Shown piece after piece: positions 1 to 9,423 of a DNA stretch of 64,000 nt. The DNA lies in contig CADASF010000005.1 in assembly GCA_902790465.1 (NCBI GenBank), positions 148,622 to 212,621 of the forward strand, read 5' to 3'. The stretch is from an uncultured bacterium. Lineage in GTDB: Bacteria; Vulcanimicrobiota; CADAWZ01. The position numbers and the translations under genes were made by a program. Position 1 is the stretch's first letter; every line of letters starts with the position of its first letter. The notes below the pieces were generated by a model. That model was not told the DNA's origin. It ran no database searches and saw only the letters and a program-made list of their open reading frames with translations.

Positions 1-250
1 CAGAAAAAATTATTGAAATCTTTCCTCCTTCAACAGGTTCACCATCAGAAGATTTTCGTAATGATAAGACCAAATTTAAATTAGAACCTTCATAGACGAA
101 GTTTGGAGCAAAAATAAATCCCTGTAGATTTCCTATAAAATAATTTGAAAAAGAAATCCATAGAGTTATTATTACAAATATTGATATTGTTGTTGCCAAT
201 ATTATTTTAAGTAAATTTTTCTTTTTTCCAGCTTGAAAAAATAAGTGCAT
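1..250 (-). CDS. Partial CDS (N-terminal part; continues beyond the window start); hypothetical membrane protein
   Basis: The reverse strand reads ATG at 250..248 followed by MHLFFQAGKKKNLLKIILATTISIFVIITLWISF..., open to position 1. It has one hydrophobic helix, is truncated by the window edge and is not in the ORF track. Confidence 0.35.
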   Translation of the reverse strand, partial: MHLFFQAGKKKNLLKIILATTISIFVIITLWISFSNYFIGNLQGFIFAPNFVYEGSNLNLVLSLRKSSDGEPVEGGKISIIFS

Positions 251-281
251 ATTTCACCTTTTAAAAAGTTTATTATAAAAA

Positions 282-316
282 AACAGGCGACACTTTTGGA
301 TAAGTACCACCTGTTT
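282..316. terminator. Candidate bidirectional terminator downstream of pfp
   Basis: AAACAGGCG...CACCTGTTT forms an imperfect stem, flanked by an A-run upstream and a T-run downstream. Confidence 0.4.
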
Positions 317-329
317 TTTATTTTAATTA

Positions 330-1598
330 TTATAGAACACAGTCTTCAAATTCTTTGCGGAATTCTTCATTTGAGATTCCTGCTGTTTTAGCCAAAAGTG
401 ACAATTTTTCTTCATTTGTAAAATCACTCTTTTTAAGTCTTATCATGTACTCGCCAGCAATCTTGAATGAAAGCGAACCTGTGTCAACTAATCTGACTTT
501 TGTTCTGCCTGTTGTTGGATCTGCCATATCTTCAAATTTTATTGGAGTTATGTGATCGTATTGAATTGACATCAAAGCACTTGAACCGCCGTTTGCAAGG
601 AAATCAACAGCAGCATATCCTAAATTTCTTGTGTATTCAATGTCATAAGGACAAGGTCCGATACATCTTAATTCATATCCGAGTTTTTGATCAATGATTG
701 TTGGAGGTTTCATTCCAAGTTTTGTAAGTTTTGCTTTTACGCCATTTTTAATAACTTCACTGATGTTTATTTCAGCAAGTCTTATATGACCATGCTCATC
801 TCTTTCAATAGCTTTGCCAATGGCTTTTTCAATTTCATCTTCCTTGAAATATTCAAAGAAACCTTCAGCAATGATTGCGACACCATATCCTGAACCATAG
901 GCTTTGCGTTTGATTATTGAGCCTGCTATAGAATCAATAACTCTTTGAAGGGTTATTCCCTTTTCTGCAAACTCTTCAGGAATCAATGTTACTGTTGCAC
1001 CTGCTGATTTTCCAATACCAAGTGCAAGATGTCCTGCTTTTCTTCCCATTGCTGTTATGATAAACCAACGTCCAGAAGTCTTTGCATCTTCCATTATTGT
1101 AGATATGATTCTTGAGCCTTCTGCTCTTGCTGTTTCATATCCAAATGTTGGAATTCCTGCTGGAAGTGGAAGATCGTTGTCTATTGTTTTTGGAACATGA
1201 GCAGATTTGATATCATAACCGCATTTTTGAGCATATTCAGCAACAGTCTTTGATGAGAATGCTGTATCATCTCCACCAATTGTTACAATGTAATTTACTT
1301 CCATTTCAATTAAAGTCTCAACTACATTGCGAAGTTTTTCTTCACTCTTTGTTGGGTTTGCTCTTGATGTTCTAATAATACTTCCACCAGCTGTATGAAT
1401 ACGACTGACTTTTGGAATTGTCAAAAATTCAACATTTTTTTCTCTTTTTTCAAGGTGTGAAAAACCATCATAAACACCTATTACAGAAGCTCCTCTGTTT
1501 ATTGCTTCTATTGTTACTGCACTTATTACAGAGTTAATTCCAGGGGCTGGACCGCCTCCGACAATGATTGCAACTTTCTTACCCTTCATGTTATCCAT
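330..1598 (-). CDS. pfp: 6-phosphofructokinase, pyrophosphate-dependent type
   Basis: The N-terminal GGGPAPGINSVI motif and the TIGGDDT motif place it in the PFK family. Asp in GGDD (in place of Gly) and Lys in PKTIDND (in place of Gly) are the PPi-PFK signatures. The reverse strand shows a GGAG RBS 8 nt upstream of the ATG. Confidence 0.85.
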   Translation of the reverse strand: MDNMKGKKVAIIVGGGPAPGINSVISAVTIEAINRGASVIGVYDGFSHLEKREKNVEFLTIPKVSRIHTAGGSIIRTSRANPTKSEEKLRNVVETLIEMEVNYIVTIGGDDTAFSSKTVAEYAQKCGYDIKSAHVPKTIDNDLPLPAGIPTFGYETARAEGSRIISTIMEDAKTSGRWFIITAMGRKAGHLALGIGKSAGATVTLIPEEFAEKGITLQRVIDSIAGSIIKRKAYGSGYGVAIIAEGFFEYFKEDEIEKAIGKAIERDEHGHIRLAEINISEVIKNGVKAKLTKLGMKPPTIIDQKLGYELRCIGPCPYDIEYTRNLGYAAVDFLANGGSSALMSIQYDHITPIKFEDMADPTTGRTKVRLVDTGSLSFKIAGEYMIRLKKSDFTNEEKLSLLAKTAGISNEEFRKEFEDCVL

Positions 1599-1837
1599 CG
1601 TCTGTCTCCATATTCAAAAATAATATAATTACATTGACATACTCCCCATAAATGAATTTAGGGGATTCTGGGATATTAACGAACCTTGCCTACATTTTAA
1701 ATTAGAGGTCTTACGAGTTCTTTCCACAATGGTTGATGCCCCAACCATATTGTTTATTTATAATGCAAGTTTTTTTAAAATAAAGGCATTGATCCTTTAT
1801 TTTAAATGCACCTTATAACCCCATAACGGTGCGTTTC

Positions 1838-1874
1838 GGCAATTTTCAAAAATTTAGCATTTTTGAAAATTGCC
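1838..1874. promoter_or_regulatory. Perfect 16-bp-arm palindrome in the pfp upstream region (candidate operator or RNA hairpin)
   Basis: GGCAATTTTCAAAAAT-ttagc-ATTTTTGAAAATTGCC. It lies ~240 nt upstream of the pfp start and ~48 nt downstream of the tal-rpiB stop. No T-tract follows. Confidence 0.45.
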
Positions 1875-1921
1875 TTGAGAAATAAAATTTCGTTAATTTA
1901 ATGTCTTTTTCCTTTGTTATA

Positions 1922-3427
1922 TTATTTTTGCCTTTTCTCTATTTCTGCAATTTTATCTATTCTCGTCTGATGTCTCCCACCGTCAAATTCGGTTTCAAGC
2001 CAGGCTTTTACAATTTCTTCAGCATTTTTTGCTCTTTCTTGTGTATATGGTCTGCCAGATAGTGCTATCATGTTTGAATTATTATGTCTTCTTGACATGA
2101 TAGCAGAGTCTTTGTCATGAACTAAAGCAGCTCTTATTCCATTTACCTTGTTAGCGGCAATGCTTATTCCTATTCCACTACCACAGACAACAATACCTCT
2201 TCTTGCTCTTCCAGAAGCCACTTCATTTGCAGCTGCTTCACCAAAATCTGGATAGTCAACACTTATATCTGCAGAAGATGTACCTAAATCATTTATTTTA
2301 TAGCCGTTTTTGACCAGATAGTCAGCAACATAAGATTTCATTAAATAGCCAGCATGGTCAGAAGCTATAGCTATTATATTTTCACGGAGTGCTGAAGATT
2401 TTTCTTCTATTGCTTTTAATATTTTATCAAAATCTCCCTGAATTTCAACAATTTTCTCTTTCAATATTTTATTACAAACACTGTCAATACTTATTTCAGC
2501 ATCATCAAATTTTCTGATTATTTCATTTGCCTGTGATTGGTTGTATTTTATTTCACCTTTGAAATTTGGTGAAGAATAATATTTAAATTCTGTTTCAGAC
2601 ATTGAACTGATTGTATTTTTGCAGACTAAATCTTCCAAATATTTAGCTTCATTTTCAGATTTTATAGATGTCCACAAGATTCTTTGATCATTTCCTGAAT
2701 GGAAATATTTAAATATTTCTTTAAATCTTCCATATATATTTACAGCATTTGCCAATGAAGCACAACCTTTTAAGTCATCATCATAATCACTTTCACCTAC
2801 TAATGGATCTATAGCTTCGTCAATTTCACTTAAAGAAACACTTGCAACTGAATAGATTTTTGATGTATCAAGACCATTCTTTTTAGCTTTATTTATACCT
2901 TTTATATATGATAGAGCTGTTTTTTCATATTGTTCTATTGAATAAATCAAATAGGCATTTACATTTATTCCCATTGCTGTAAATTCTTCTATAGCTTCAA
3001 AACATTCATCAGTTGCAGGGACTTTTATCATCACATTTGGTCTGCCTATTTTTTCAACAAGTCTTTTTCCTTCTTTTAATGTTTCTTCCAAATTGTTTGC
3101 AAGTTTTGGATTTATCTCAATGTTTACATAGCCTTCCAATCCATTTGTCTGACCATAAACAGGAAGTAGTAAATCTGCCGATTTTGAAGCATCTTTTAGA
3201 ATTATTTCTTCATATATTTCAAAAGGTGAAGCAGATGTCTGAGAAAGTCTTCTTATATCGTTGTCATAACAATCCATAGAAATCAAATCTTGATAAAATA
3301 GTGATAAAAAGAAATTGAGACCTGTTATTCCACGTTCTATCAATTTTTTAAAACTGCCGTCTTCTATCGACTTTTTATTTGCAAAATTCAGCCATGAACT
3401 CTGCACACTCTTTTTTGACAATGTCAT
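1922..3427 (-). CDS. Bifunctional transaldolase / ribose-5-phosphate isomerase B fusion protein
   Basis: The N-terminal ~330 aa carry the transaldolase Schiff-base motif MIKVPATDE and GINVNAYLIYS. The C-terminal ~150 aa are RpiB/LacAB-like (IAIASDHAGY, VVCGSGIGISIAANK, ALSGR). Confidence 0.75.
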   Translation of the reverse strand: MTLSKKSVQSSWLNFANKKSIEDGSFKKLIERGITGLNFFLSLFYQDLISMDCYDNDIRRLSQTSASPFEIYEEIILKDASKSADLLLPVYGQTNGLEGYVNIEINPKLANNLEETLKEGKRLVEKIGRPNVMIKVPATDECFEAIEEFTAMGINVNAYLIYSIEQYEKTALSYIKGINKAKKNGLDTSKIYSVASVSLSEIDEAIDPLVGESDYDDDLKGCASLANAVNIYGRFKEIFKYFHSGNDQRILWTSIKSENEAKYLEDLVCKNTISSMSETEFKYYSSPNFKGEIKYNQSQANEIIRKFDDAEISIDSVCNKILKEKIVEIQGDFDKILKAIEEKSSALRENIIAIASDHAGYLMKSYVADYLVKNGYKINDLGTSSADISVDYPDFGEAAANEVASGRARRGIVVCGSGIGISIAANKVNGIRAALVHDKDSAIMSRRHNNSNMIALSGRPYTQERAKNAEEIVKAWLETEFDGGRHQTRIDKIAEIEKRQK

Positions 3428-5004
3428 TGTTTTTCTCCTTTGATATAAATTTTTTCACATTTGACTAAAATGCCTGAAGGGCTTGGAGTGCTAAGTCCTT
3501 TTATTCTCTTATTTACAGCAACTAAGCCTTTTGGACTCCAAAGAAATATGTAAGGTGAGTCATCTACAATTATTTTTTGAATTTCTGAGTAAATTTTTTT
3601 ACGATCTTTTTTATCTCTTGTAATTCTACCTTTTTCTATTAATCTATCTACTTCTTTATTTTTGTATGTCATGAAATTCATTCCGTCGTCATTACATTGA
3701 GATGAATGCCAAACAGTATAGTTATCAGGATCAAAATTTTCAACCCAATCAAATATCAATGATTCAAATTTTGAGGGATAACAGCTGTTTATAAGTGCAG
3801 AAAATTCCATTGATTTCAGACGCATTTCAATTCCTGCCTGTTTCATTTGTGCTTGCATAAAAACAGCTGCTTTTTCAAATGCAACATTACTTGAAGGGTA
3901 CATAACTTCAAAACTCAATTTTTTGCCGTCTTTTTCAAAAATTTTTGTTTTTTTGTTTATTTTCCAGCCAGATTTTTTTAGCAATTCGATAGATTTTTGA
4001 GGATCAAAATTGTATTCTGGTAACGAATCATCATAATACGGAGAGGCTGGAGGTATTGGACCTAAGGCTCTTACTGCATTTTTTTTGAAAACCGCACTTA
4101 TTATTGATTTTTTATCTGTTGCATAGTTGATAGCTTTTCTCAAATTTATATCTTGAAAAAGTGGATTTGTTAGATCAAATCCCATATAACAATACATAAA
4201 TTGATTCCAACTGTAAATATTTAAATTATCGCATTTGTTGAGTGCTAAAAGGTCTTCAGGTGTTATTTCTCCTATATCTGTATATCCTGTTATTAGAGAA
4301 GTTCTTCTTGATTCTGAAGAGGGAATTATCTGAAAAATTATTCCTTTTAGTTTTGGAGAACCTGCATAATAGTCTTCATTTTTTTCTACATATATTTTTT
4401 CTCCACTTTGCCATTTTTTGAATTTAAATGGTCCTGTTCCTATTGGGCTCCAGTTGAATCCATCCCTGTTTATATCTTTACCTTCCAAAATATGTTTTGG
4501 TACTATGCCTAAAGATGTTATATTTGATTCAAAAGGAGAAAATTTTTCAGGTAAAATTATTTCAACAGTGTATTTGTCTAAAGCCTTTACTTTTAGCTGT
4601 TTTCCCCCTATTGTAAAAAGTCCCCTGTTAAAAGTGTTTGTATTGGGATCGTATAATTTTTCAAATGTAAAGATAACATCATCTGAAGTAAATTCTACTC
4701 CATCATGCCATTTTACATTTTTTTTCAAATTAAAAATCCATTTTTTACCGTCTTCCTCAACATTAAATGATTCTGCTAAATCTGTTACTATATTCATTTT
4801 TTCATCATATCTCAAAAGAGAGTTAAATATAGTTGAATTTACAATTTGTGAGGGAATTTCGGAAGAAATTATAGGATTTAATGTGGTTGGATCCGCTTTT
4901 AGTGCATAAAATAAAATATCATTTGGCTTTTCAACACCACAGCCAAATATAAAGATAAATAATATTAATATTGTAAATAAGCTAAATTTTTTGATTATCG
5001 TCAT
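3424..5004 (-). CDS. ABC transporter substrate-binding lipoprotein, family 5 (oligopeptide/dipeptide/nickel type)
   Basis: It has a signal peptide with a lipobox (IFIFGCG). Its ~520-aa length and conserved SBP_bac_5-like blocks fit family 5. The start overlaps the upstream gene's stop by 4 nt. Confidence 0.75.
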   Translation of the reverse strand: MTIIKKFSLFTILILFIFIFGCGVEKPNDILFYALKADPTTLNPIISSEIPSQIVNSTIFNSLLRYDEKMNIVTDLAESFNVEEDGKKWIFNLKKNVKWHDGVEFTSDDVIFTFEKLYDPNTNTFNRGLFTIGGKQLKVKALDKYTVEIILPEKFSPFESNITSLGIVPKHILEGKDINRDGFNWSPIGTGPFKFKKWQSGEKIYVEKNEDYYAGSPKLKGIIFQIIPSSESRRTSLITGYTDIGEITPEDLLALNKCDNLNIYSWNQFMYCYMGFDLTNPLFQDINLRKAINYATDKKSIISAVFKKNAVRALGPIPPASPYYDDSLPEYNFDPQKSIELLKKSGWKINKKTKIFEKDGKKLSFEVMYPSSNVAFEKAAVFMQAQMKQAGIEMRLKSMEFSALINSCYPSKFESLIFDWVENFDPDNYTVWHSSQCNDDGMNFMTYKNKEVDRLIEKGRITRDKKDRKKIYSEIQKIIVDDSPYIFLWSPKGLVAVNKRIKGLSTPSPSGILVKCEKIYIKGEKQ

Positions 5005-5251
5005 TTTTTAAAATATTGTTACATCAATTTTCAACTTTAGATTTATTCTTTATTTTTTCTAATTTTCTTTTATTTTTCTATTTATGTTGTCTATTTTTCT
5101 TGTTATAAAATAAAAATAAATTAATGAAAATAATAAGAGGATAAAAAATTTTCCTCTTGAATAAGTCTTTAAAGCGACGAAAAAATATTAAAATAAAATT
5201 AAATATTGGTTTGTCGCTATTATTTTACTGTAGGTTGAAAGGATTTTTGAT

Positions 5252-6514
5252 ATGCCTGAAAAGAAAAGTGTTTATCAAAATGTCATAAGACAGTTTAATC
5301 ATGCCGCTGAAGTGATGAACCTTGATCCTGATGTCAAGGAAATTCTCTCCAAGCCAATGAACGAGATTATCGTCAATTTCCCTGTAAAAATGGATGACGG
5401 AAGAATCGAAATGTTCACAGGATATAGAGTTCAGCACAACAATACATTGGGCCCATTCAAAGGCGGTTTGAGATTTCATCCAAATGTAAATATTGATGAA
5501 GTTAGAGCCCTTGCAACTTGGATGACTTGGAAATCAGCTATTGCTGACATTCCTTATGGAGGTGCAAAGGGAGGTATTCAAATAGACCCTCGTAAATATT
5601 CTCAGTCTGAATTAGAGAGAATTTCAAGAAGATTTGCATTTGCACTCGGCTCAAATATCGGTCCAGAATACGATATTCCTGCTCCAGATGTAAATACAAA
5701 TGGTCAGATAATGGCATGGATTCTCGATACATATCAGTCAACATTCCCACCACAAGTCAGAAATACACTACTTCATGTAGTAACAGGTAAACCTGTAGAA
5801 GCTGGCGGAAGTATCGGAAGAAACAAAGCAACAGGTCAAGGTGTTTGCTACTGTGTAGAACAGTGGGCTAAAGACCATGATTTCGATCTCAAGAAAGCCA
5901 CATTCATGGTTCAGGGATTTGGAAATGTCGGTTCATGGGCAGCAAGACTTATTGCAGAAAAAGGTGCTAAACTTATTGCTGTTCAAGATCACACAGGTTC
6001 TATCTATTGCAAAGATGGAATTGATGCAGAGAAACTTGCTGACTATGTAGCTGAACACAGAGGAATCAAAGGATTCCCAGGTGTTGAAGAAATCAAAAAT
6101 GAAGACTTCCTCTCAACAGAAGCTGACATTTTTGTTCCAGCAGCACTTGAAAATCAGTTGACAGCAGAGACAACAGGCAAACTCAAAGTCAAACTCGTTG
6201 CAGAAGGTGCAAATGGTCCAACAGACCCAGACGGCGACAGAATTCTCCAAGAAAAAGGCATTGATTTGATTCCTGATGTACTTTGTAATGCTGGTGGAGT
6301 TATTGTTAGCTACTTCGAATGGTTACAGAACAAACGTTCAGAATTCTGGGATCTCGAAGAAGTCGATTCAAAACTCTATAAAAAGATAATCGGTGGCTAC
6401 AAGAGAGTTAAAGAAGCTGCTGAAAAATACAAAGTAGATTCAAGAACAGCTGCTTACATCGTTGCTCTTTCAAGAATCTTAGTTGTATATAAAGAAAGAG
6501 GCATCTTCCCGTAA
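5252..6514 (+). CDS. gdhA: Glutamate dehydrogenase (Glu/Leu/Phe/Val dehydrogenase family)
   Basis: It carries the GGAKGG active-site motif and a C-terminal NAD(P)-binding GFGNVG motif. AAAGGA RBS. A terminator hairpin follows. Confidence 0.9.
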   Translation: MPEKKSVYQNVIRQFNHAAEVMNLDPDVKEILSKPMNEIIVNFPVKMDDGRIEMFTGYRVQHNNTLGPFKGGLRFHPNVNIDEVRALATWMTWKSAIADIPYGGAKGGIQIDPRKYSQSELERISRRFAFALGSNIGPEYDIPAPDVNTNGQIMAWILDTYQSTFPPQVRNTLLHVVTGKPVEAGGSIGRNKATGQGVCYCVEQWAKDHDFDLKKATFMVQGFGNVGSWAARLIAEKGAKLIAVQDHTGSIYCKDGIDAEKLADYVAEHRGIKGFPGVEEIKNEDFLSTEADIFVPAALENQLTAETTGKLKVKLVAEGANGPTDPDGDRILQEKGIDLIPDVLCNAGGVIVSYFEWLQNKRSEFWDLEEVDSKLYKKIIGGYKRVKEAAEKYKVDSRTAAYIVALSRILVVYKERGIFP

Positions 6515-6535
6515 GTAATACATAAAAAATAAAAA

Positions 6536-6568
6536 AATCCGTATCGACATTTTCTGTTGGTACGGATT
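6536..6568. terminator. Bidirectional terminator between gdhA and the M/Q-rich gene
   Basis: AATCCGTA...TACGGATT forms the stem, followed by TTTTTTT. Confidence 0.6.
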
Positions 6569-6590
6569 TTTTTGTTCATAAAATTATAAT

Positions 6591-7187
6591 TTATTGACCC
6601 ATTCCCTGAATACCAGCGATAATATTATTTGCATGGGCACCTTGACCATCTTGCTGTTCACCACCATAATTTATGAGTTCAGCAGCACCATTAAGATCGC
6701 CTTGGATCAAGAGTTCTGCAGCTTCTCTTACTTCTGGATCCATTTCTTGATCCTTCACAGGTTTCCAAATGTTATTTTTGAAATTATTTATGCTTTCTTC
6801 TACTCTTGCCTCTTTTTGGTTGGGAATCATTTTATCAATTCCCAATGGTTTTTGTTTATCAAGAACTACTTGTATCTGTTCCTTAATTCCTTTACTAATA
6901 TCTTTTTTTGCGTTAGCCTTTGCTTCTTCTTGGATTCTCTTGCCAACATCTATATCTTTATTTTCTGAAAATGGATTATTAGCTTGTACTTCATCACTCA
7001 TTTCAGTTTTGTCCTGCTGATTAAGACCTTGAGCAAGCATTCCTTCTGGCTTTGCTTGTTTATTTTCATTGTCAAGTCCCTGAATTTCCTTCATATCCTT
7101 TGAACCTTGCACGGCTTGGAAATCCTGTATGCCTTGCATTCCCATCATGCCCTGCATTCCGCCACCGATTGCACTGATACTATCCAT
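6591..7187 (-). CDS. Hypothetical Met/Gln/Gly-rich low-complexity protein (paralog A)
   Basis: The start was reassigned to MDSISAIGGGMQGMMGMQG, which has a GGAGG RBS 8 nt upstream (reverse strand). There is no signal peptide. The first ~60 nt are near-identical to paralog B. Confidence 0.5.
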   Translation of the reverse strand: MDSISAIGGGMQGMMGMQGIQDFQAVQGSKDMKEIQGLDNENKQAKPEGMLAQGLNQQDKTEMSDEVQANNPFSENKDIDVGKRIQEEAKANAKKDISKGIKEQIQVVLDKQKPLGIDKMIPNQKEARVEESINNFKNNIWKPVKDQEMDPEVREAAELLIQGDLNGAAELINYGGEQQDGQGAHANNIIAGIQGMGQ

Positions 7188-7294
7188 AATAAAAACCTCC
7201 ACAAAAATTTAGCCTTTATATATAAATGGAGCAGATATAATATTAACCTGCTCCATTTGTTTATCGAAAATCTATTTTAAAATTGTTTCAAGAA

Positions 7295-7942
7295 TTATTG
7301 CTGTGGAATCTGCATTCCTTGGATTCCAGCGACGATCTTGTCAGCATGTGATTCCTGTGCTTTTCCTACCTGCTGTTCTTGGTTGAGACCCTGTGCAGCA
7401 CCCTGTTCTTTCTGCTGTCCATTGAGAATCTGATCTGCTCCCTTGATGTCGCCTTGGATTACATGATCAGCAGCTTCTTTTACTGATGAATCTATTGGTG
7501 TACCATTCTGCTGAGCCATTCCGAGTTGCTGTTTGAGCATTTCTACTTTCTGATTTGTTCCCTGATGCTGACCCTGTTGACCTGGTCCCTGTACTTTTGC
7601 TTCATCAATGATTTGCTGTACTGTATCTTTAACCTGCTGGCTTATGTCTTGTTGTTGACCTTGGATTCCACCAACTTTTCCTGCTTCAGCAGCTGCTTGA
7701 GCACCATTTACTTCCTGTGCTTCATCGCTCATTTCTGTTTTATCCTGCTGATTGATTCCCTGAGCCTGCATTTCTTCTGGCTTTGGTTGTTTTTGAGCAT
7801 CTTTTTCAAGACCCTGCATTTCCTTCATATCTTTTGGACCCTGTACGCTCTGCATGTCCTGCATGCCACCTGGCATTCCAACCATACCTTGCATTCCCAT
7901 CATGCCTTGCATTCCGCCACCGATTGCATTGATACTATCCAT
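7295..7942 (-). CDS. Hypothetical Met/Gln/Gly-rich low-complexity protein (paralog B)
   Basis: The start is MDSINAIGGGMQGMMGMQGMVGMPGGMQ with a GGAGG RBS. It shares the DKTEMSDE and HVIQGD blocks with paralog A. Confidence 0.5.
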   Translation of the reverse strand: MDSINAIGGGMQGMMGMQGMVGMPGGMQDMQSVQGPKDMKEMQGLEKDAQKQPKPEEMQAQGINQQDKTEMSDEAQEVNGAQAAAEAGKVGGIQGQQQDISQQVKDTVQQIIDEAKVQGPGQQGQHQGTNQKVEMLKQQLGMAQQNGTPIDSSVKEAADHVIQGDIKGADQILNGQQKEQGAAQGLNQEQQVGKAQESHADKIVAGIQGMQIPQQ

Positions 7943-8102
7943 AACAAATCCTCCAATCAATATTTAAAAAACTTTCTATGGTTGAATTATATCACCTTAG
8001 AATCTAAAAAAAAACTATTTTTTATTAATAAAAAGTAAATAATGTAAATTTTTCGTTAATTTTTTAAAATAATTATTTACATTAAAATTAAAGATATTTA
8101 AT

Positions 8103-9356
8103 CTAATCTTTTAATGCTCTATTGAAATTGCCAATTATTATGTCTTCATCAGTCTTTTTTATCTCATCTAATAGATTTACAATTCCAATTGGTTTTCCTT
8201 TTAATGTTGGCATGTTTGCGAAATAAATTTCTGGGTCTATATTTAGATTTCTTGTTTGAATCATGTTTGGTTTATATTCTTCTATAAATTTGAGAAATTC
8301 TTTTGCTTCATTCTCATTGTCATTTACTCCAGGCATGATCAAATAATTTATAGAAACAAAAATGCCTCTGTCTTTTGCGAGTTTGACAGATTTTTTCATA
8401 TTCTCAAAGCCATGTTCTCCAACATGAAAATACGAATCATAAGTTTCTTTAACAGCAGAGTTCATACTTATTCTTACACTGTCAAGTCCTGAATCTATCA
8501 ATTTTTCAAGACTATTTGTCAATACACCATTTGTATTTATATGAATAGTGCCTTTATCTGTTTTATCTCTCATTGAAGCAATAGAAGAAGCTATTAAATC
8601 TGCTTTTGTAAGTGGTTCACCTTCACACCCCTGTCCAAAACTTATTATTGCCCTTCCCATTTTTAAATGTGGAACAGCAATTTCCACAATTTCATCGACC
8701 GTAGGAGTGAATGTAATCCTATTTTGTGGAGATTGTAATTTTGTCTTTCTCTTTTTTGAAATACAGCCTAAACAGTCTGCATTACAAGATTCTGAAACAG
8801 GGATTCCGCCTTCCCATCTATCATAGAATATATTTTGAGCATTCCAGCAACCATATTCCATGGCACATTTAGATAGATGTTTTAACAGTCTATTTTTAGG
8901 GTATTTTTTTATTTTCTGTTTTATCTTTTTTTCAAGGTCTGGTCCGTTGTATTGGGAAGGATCCCATCTAAGTGAGTTGTCTGTTTCAATGGCTGCTATA
9001 TATATTTCACCATCTTTAAAAGCACCCATGGTATATGCAAAAAATGGCATTTCAATATTTTTCTTTATTTGGTATGCAGGCAAAAGGGTTCTTGTATATC
9101 CAATAGGTGGAATAAGTGCGACTGCACAAACTTTTTCATCACCTGTTTTAAACCAATTTGTTTTTTTGCCTTTTGCCATTCCGACAGGGTCTCTCTGTGG
9201 AAGAAAATTTACATCAGTTCCATAAGGGGCAATTGTCATTTCCCTTTCTTCTGGCTCTCTGATTTTGTCTCGTCCAGCTCTTCCCAATGCTAAATAATTT
9301 GTATTTTCAGAAATTTCGCCTTCATAAGTAGATTCAATAGCATAAAATTTTGACAT
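8103..9356 (-). CDS. Radical SAM domain protein with a ~185-aa uncharacterised N-terminal domain
   Basis: The CNADCLGC sequence gives the CxxxCxxC radical SAM cluster motif at about residue 190. The downstream TIM-barrel-like region contains SINYLIMPGVND. Confidence 0.65.
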   Translation of the reverse strand: MSKFYAIESTYEGEISENTNYLALGRAGRDKIREPEEREMTIAPYGTDVNFLPQRDPVGMAKGKKTNWFKTGDEKVCAVALIPPIGYTRTLLPAYQIKKNIEMPFFAYTMGAFKDGEIYIAAIETDNSLRWDPSQYNGPDLEKKIKQKIKKYPKNRLLKHLSKCAMEYGCWNAQNIFYDRWEGGIPVSESCNADCLGCISKKRKTKLQSPQNRITFTPTVDEIVEIAVPHLKMGRAIISFGQGCEGEPLTKADLIASSIASMRDKTDKGTIHINTNGVLTNSLEKLIDSGLDSVRISMNSAVKETYDSYFHVGEHGFENMKKSVKLAKDRGIFVSINYLIMPGVNDNENEAKEFLKFIEEYKPNMIQTRNLNIDPEIYFANMPTLKGKPIGIVNLLDEIKKTDEDIIIGNFNRALKD

Positions 9357-9423
9357 TTTGCCCCCTCTTCTGTCTAATTTTTGGATAGTCTGAAATTGTC
9401 ATTAGTCATGGTTAAAAACTGCT

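Noticed and set aside
4418-4909. 163-aa + strand ORF inside the SBP gene, with similar antisense ORFs inside gdhA, rho, the PKS gene and valS
   Set aside because: They are antisense to genes with strong homology and have low-complexity, compositionally biased translations typical of antisense frames in AT-rich DNA.
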